Positions 53,148 to 56,198 of a stretch of 56,198 nucleotides of DNA are shown piece after piece. Made by a program: the position numbers and the translations under genes. Position 1 is the first letter of the stretch. Each line of letters opens with the position of its first letter. The stretch covers positions 1-56,198 of the forward strand of contig CAZMUN010000003.1 of the NCBI GenBank assembly GCA_964569815.1, written 5' to 3'. The notes beneath the pieces were generated by a model, which worked only from the letters and a program-made list of their open reading frames with translations, searched no databases and had not been told where the DNA came from. Source of the stretch: an uncultured archaeon. GTDB lineage: Archaea > Iainarchaeota > Iainarchaeia > Iainarchaeales > GCA-2688035.

Positions 53148-55049
53148 TTATTTCTTTTCTTCCTTGTCGTCTTTCACTTCATAGTCTGCATCCACTACAT
53201 TGTCTTCAGGGCCTTTTTTTCCGGCTTTCTGTTGGCTTTGGCCCTGCGGCTGCCCTTGACCCTGCTGGCCCTGCTGTTTTTTGGCCTGCTCTTCAGCAGC
53301 CTTCTTGTATATTTCTGAGCCAATTTGCTGCATTTCCTTGTTCAGGGCATCCATTTTGGACTTTATTGCCCCTGTATCTTTTGGCTCTTTTCCCAAAAGC
53401 TCTTTCAGTCCATCGTTGAGCTTTTTCACTGAGTCAAGCTTTTCTTTAGAAACCTTGTCCTTTGACTCTTCCACTACTTTATCGGTTGAATAAGTCAAAG
53501 CATCTGCTTGGTTGACTGTTTCAATTTCCTCTTTTCTTTTCTTGTCTTCTTCGGCAAACTTTTCGGCTTCCTTTTTCATTTTCTCGATTTCCTCGTCCTT
53601 GAGCTTCTGCGAGGCCACTATTTTGATGCTTTGCTCTTTTCCTGTTCCCAGGTCCTTTGCTTTCACATGCACTATTCCGTTTGCGTCTATGTCGAAAGTT
53701 ACCTCTATTTGGGGAACGCCTCTTGGCGCAGGCGGTATTCCCACCAACTGGAACCGGCCCAAGGTCTTGTTGTCTTTGGCCATTTCTCTTTCACCTTGCA
53801 GCACATGTATGTCTACTGCAGGCTGGTTGTCTGCTGCCGTGGAAAAAATCTGGCTTTTTTTGGTCGGAATGGTTGTATTGCGGGAAATTAGCGGCGTTCT
53901 TATTCCACCCAGGGTTTCAATGCCCAAAGTCAAGGGCGTGACATCAAGCAGCAGAACGTCCTTGACTTCTCCGGACAAGACGCCGCCTTGGATTGCTGCT
54001 CCCATTGCCACGCATTCCATTGGGTCTACGCCTCTTTCAACTTTTGTTCCAACGACCTTTTCCACAAATTTTTGCACAGAAGGCATTCTTGTCGGCCCGC
54101 CGACAAGAATTATCCTGTTTATGTCGGCCGGCTGAAGGTTTGCGTCTGCAAGCGCTTGCTGGATTGGCTTTTCGCATTTCTTGATTATTGGGTCAACCAA
54201 TTGCTCGAGCTTGCTTCTGCTGAGCTTCGTTGTGAGGTGTTTTGGGCCGGCCTTGTCGGCGCTAATGTAAGGCAGGTTTATTTCTGTCTCAAAGACAGTG
54301 CTAAGCTCTATTTTGGCTTTTTCTGCTGCTTCACGGAGCCTTTGCATTGCCATGTTGTCTTTGTTCAAATCAACGCCTTGCTCTTTTTTGAATTCGGAAA
54401 CAATGTGGCCTACCAATACCTGGTCCATGTCTGTTCCGCCTAGTTCTGTGTCTCCCGAGGTTGATTTGACTTCAAAGACACCGTCTCCGAATTCCATTAT
54501 GGTAACGTCAAGTGTTCCGCCGCCGAAGTCAAAAACAAGTATTCTCTGGTCTTTTTCCTTTTTGTCCAAGCCGTATGCAAGCGATGCAGCTGTGGGCTCG
54601 TTTACTATTCTTACCACTTCAAGCCCTGCAATCTGGCCTGCGTCCTTGGTGGCTTGCCTTTGGTTGTCGTCAAAGTATGCCGGCACTGTAATGACTGCTT
54701 TTTCGACCTTCTCTCCCAAAAACTCTTCTGCGTCCTTTTTTATTTTCTGCAAGACAAATGCGGAAAGCTGCTGTGGCGTGTATTCCTTTTCGGCTGCCTT
54801 GTATTTAAACCCAGAGCCCATTTTTCTTTTAAATGCCGTAAAGGTGTTTTCTGAGTTGCTTACAGCCTGCCTTTTGGCTGGCTCGCCGACAAGAACCTGG
54901 CCGTCTTTGGTAAATGCAACATAGCTTGGGAACGCCTTTCCGTAAAGGCTTGCTCCCTCAGCGCTTGGAACTATTCTTGGCTTTCCTGCTTCCAAAAAAG
55001 CCGCTGCACTGTTTGATGTCCCTAAATCGATTCCGATTATTTTTGCCAT
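53148..55049 (-). CDS. dnaK: Chaperone DnaK (Hsp70)
   Basis: [22 protein letters not shown] and [13 protein letters not shown] 55049 is preceded by GGAGTGAT. Confidence 0.97.
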   Translation of the reverse strand: MAKIIGIDLGTSNSAAAFLEAGKPRIVPSAEGASLYGKAFPSYVAFTKDGQVLVGEPAKRQAVSNSENTFTAFKRKMGSGFKYKAAEKEYTPQQLSAFVLQKIKKDAEEFLGEKVEKAVITVPAYFDDNQRQATKDAGQIAGLEVVRIVNEPTAASLAYGLDKKEKDQRILVFDFGGGTLDVTIMEFGDGVFEVKSTSGDTELGGTDMDQVLVGHIVSEFKKEQGVDLNKDNMAMQRLREAAEKAKIELSTVFETEINLPYISADKAGPKHLTTKLSRSKLEQLVDPIIKKCEKPIQQALADANLQPADINRIILVGGPTRMPSVQKFVEKVVGTKVERGVDPMECVAMGAAIQGGVLSGEVKDVLLLDVTPLTLGIETLGGIRTPLISRNTTIPTKKSQIFSTAADNQPAVDIHVLQGEREMAKDNKTLGRFQLVGIPPAPRGVPQIEVTFDIDANGIVHVKAKDLGTGKEQSIKIVASQKLKDEEIEKMKKEAEKFAEEDKKRKEEIETVNQADALTYSTDKVVEESKDKVSKEKLDSVKKLNDGLKELLGKEPKDTGAIKSKMDALNKEMQQIGSEIYKKAAEEQAKKQQGQQGQGQPQGQSQQKAGKKGPEDNVVDADYEVKDDKEEKK

Positions 55050-55131
55050 TAAAATCACTCCTTTTTTTTGTTTCCTGTGTAAGGCTGTTCCGGTGCCAGG
55101 TCTTCCGGCAATTCCAAGGGGGTTGGGCTTC

Positions 55132-55620
55132 TCATAACTTGTTCACCTTGACTTTTGCATGCCTTAAAACCATGCCGTTAAACAAATACCCTTTTTGAAA
55201 TTCCTCCAAAACGATTTCGTCCTCTTTTTCTGGTTCCTTGCCCTGCATAACGCATTCATGCAGCATTGGGTCAAACTTTTGCCCAAAGCTTTTTATTTCG
55301 CCCAGGCCGTGCTTTTCAAGCACTGCCAAAAGCTGCTTTTTGATCATTGGAATCCCTTCGTCGTCTTTTGCAGAACCAATGCTGTCCAGTACAGGCAAAA
55401 GCTCTTTTACAAGGCCTGCTTCTGCCACCTTTACAAAATCCTGCTTTTCCTTTTCAAGCCTTTTCCTGCTATTTTCAAATTCAGCCTGTGTCCTCTGCAG
55501 GGTTTCCTTGAGTTCAGCCATTTCCTTTTTCAGGCCTTCTTTTTCAAGGCCCTCTTTCTCCAGTTTCTGGCCTTTTTCAGGCCTTGGTTCCTGGTTTCCG
55601 TCTTTTTTGGCTTCCTTCAA
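55132..55620 (-). CDS. grpE: Nucleotide exchange factor GrpE
   Basis: [18 protein letters not shown] coiled coil and a C-terminal beta domain ([18 protein letters not shown] ... VLEEFQKGY). I prefer TTG 55620, which lies 5 nt after AGGTG. The track start 55671 would make the AT-rich promoter coding. ATG 55521 is an alternative. Confidence 0.85.
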   Translation of the reverse strand: MKEAKKDGNQEPRPEKGQKLEKEGLEKEGLKKEMAELKETLQRTQAEFENSRKRLEKEKQDFVKVAEAGLVKELLPVLDSIGSAKDDEGIPMIKKQLLAVLEKHGLGEIKSFGQKFDPMLHECVMQGKEPEKEDEIVLEEFQKGYLFNGMVLRHAKVKVNKL

Positions 55621-55706
55621 AAAAACACCTTTGATTAAAACGTTTAAACTTTTAAATAAATCTTTAAACAAAACCTTTATATTCTTTTCCCAATCTTTTT
55701 CTTTTT
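55621..55706. promoter_or_regulatory. Bidirectional promoter region between grpE and the wHTH regulator gene
   Basis: 86-bp AT-rich spacer containing the palindrome GTTTAAAC (55642-55649), a second TTTAAAC (55663-55669), TTTAAATAAA (55651-55660) and TTTATATT (55676-55683). Confidence 0.4.
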
Positions 55707-56141
55707 ATGCGGGACAAACAAGGCAGGCGCGCCTCTTTTCAGATTGTCATAAGGCGTGTTGAAAGGCCTTTTTCAGATTCCTTGGAAAAGGAATTTGAAT
55801 GGCTTTGCCGTTCCCTGGGCTTTTTGGAACCGATTGACCGCGGCAAGACGGCCTCAAGCATTTTTCGCGAGATAGTGAAGGCAACTGAAAAAGGAATGCC
55901 TTTGACAAGCAGCCAAATTGCCGACAGAGTCAAAATGTCCCGCGGTTCTGTTGTAAACCATTTGAACAATTTGCAAAGGTCTGGCTTGGTTGTAAGGCAG
56001 GGCAGGCACTATTTTGCAAGAAGCCGTTCAATGTTTCGCACCATTGAAGAAATTGAGGAGGACATTGACCGAATATTTGCAAGAATGAAGAGAACTGCCC
56101 GTGAAATAGACCAGGACCTTGGAATAGCCTTGGAAGAGTAA
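55707..56141 (+). CDS. Winged helix-turn-helix transcription regulator, divergent from grpE-dnaK-dnaJ
   Basis: 144 aa. HTH-like LTSSQIADRVKMSRGSVVNHLNNLQRSGLVV. TATA-like TTTATATT (55676-55683) lies 24 nt before the ATG. Confidence 0.6.
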   Translation: MRDKQGRRASFQIVIRRVERPFSDSLEKEFEWLCRSLGFLEPIDRGKTASSIFREIVKATEKGMPLTSSQIADRVKMSRGSVVNHLNNLQRSGLVVRQGRHYFARSRSMFRTIEEIEEDIDRIFARMKRTAREIDQDLGIALEE

Positions 56142-56198
56142 AACTTGTGAGGCTCAAATTTTTATACCTGAAAGCTCTTCTTATTTGCTGAATGGCTC

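Noticed and set aside
53512-54924. Several 150-208-aa + strand ORFs within dnaK
   Set aside because: They are antisense to an unmistakable Hsp70 coding frame.
1-56198. Looked for rRNA, tRNA, CRISPR arrays, transposases/IS ends and prophage genes across the window
   Set aside because: No spacer is long or structured enough for a tRNA cloverleaf. I saw no regularly spaced direct repeats, no terminal inverted repeats and no integrase/transposase-like ORFs. This was inspection by eye only; tRNAscan or Infernal would be decisive.
56159-56198. TTTTTATA (56159-56166) followed 25 nt later by ATG 56192 at the window edge, possibly the start of the next gene
   Set aside because: Only 7 nt of potential coding sequence are visible, so it cannot be evaluated.

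Overview
Very gene-dense archaeal chromosome segment. I call 43 protein genes on both strands plus one doubtful 38-codon ORF. By eye there is no rRNA, tRNA, CRISPR array or transposase. Archaeal origin is supported by PolD DP1/DP2, Orc1/Cdc6, SepF, NAC, Hel308, eS1, uS15, Bud32, CDP-archaeol synthase and an archaeosortase-family gene. A bacterial-type grpE-dnaK-dnaJ operon is also present. The compaction (convergent genes sharing stop codons, many 0-10 nt junctions) and the giant membrane-anchored surface proteins resemble small-genome, DPANN-like archaea, but that is inference only. Layout: (1) 1-4.9 kb, secreted CARDB-like proteins, two with PEF-CTERM-like tails. (2) 4.9-8.1 kb, NAC, a hypothetical protein and Hel308. 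(3) 8.1-29.6 kb, an accessory island: a SPASM radical SAM diverging from a same-strand array of two paralogous giant surface proteins (1488 and 2227 aa), two secreted partners, an A24 prepilin-peptidase-like protease, two HxsD-like proteins, two more radical SAM enzymes and a 75-aa peptide ending in His-Xaa-Ser repeats, followed by a Cys/His-rich membrane protein. (4) 29.7-32.8 kb, a HemN-like radical SAM diverging from a translationally coupled U32 pair. (5) 32.9-41.8 kb, a division/replication island (SepF, candidate oriC, Orc1/Cdc6, UPF0147-DP1-DP2 operon, NOG1-type GTPase). (6) 41.9-56.1 kb, housekeeping genes (SecF/SecD, archaeosortase-CarS-DUF92, eS1, uS15, Bud32, ValRS, SdpI-like, DnaJ/DnaK/GrpE, wHTH regulator). 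The best candidate for an undescribed system is the 9.1-28.8 kb array, which couples giant anchored surface proteins to an A24 aspartyl peptidase and an archaeal His-Xaa-Ser radical-SAM peptide-maturation cassette. All family assignments rest on motif recognition in the supplied translations. No database search was run.
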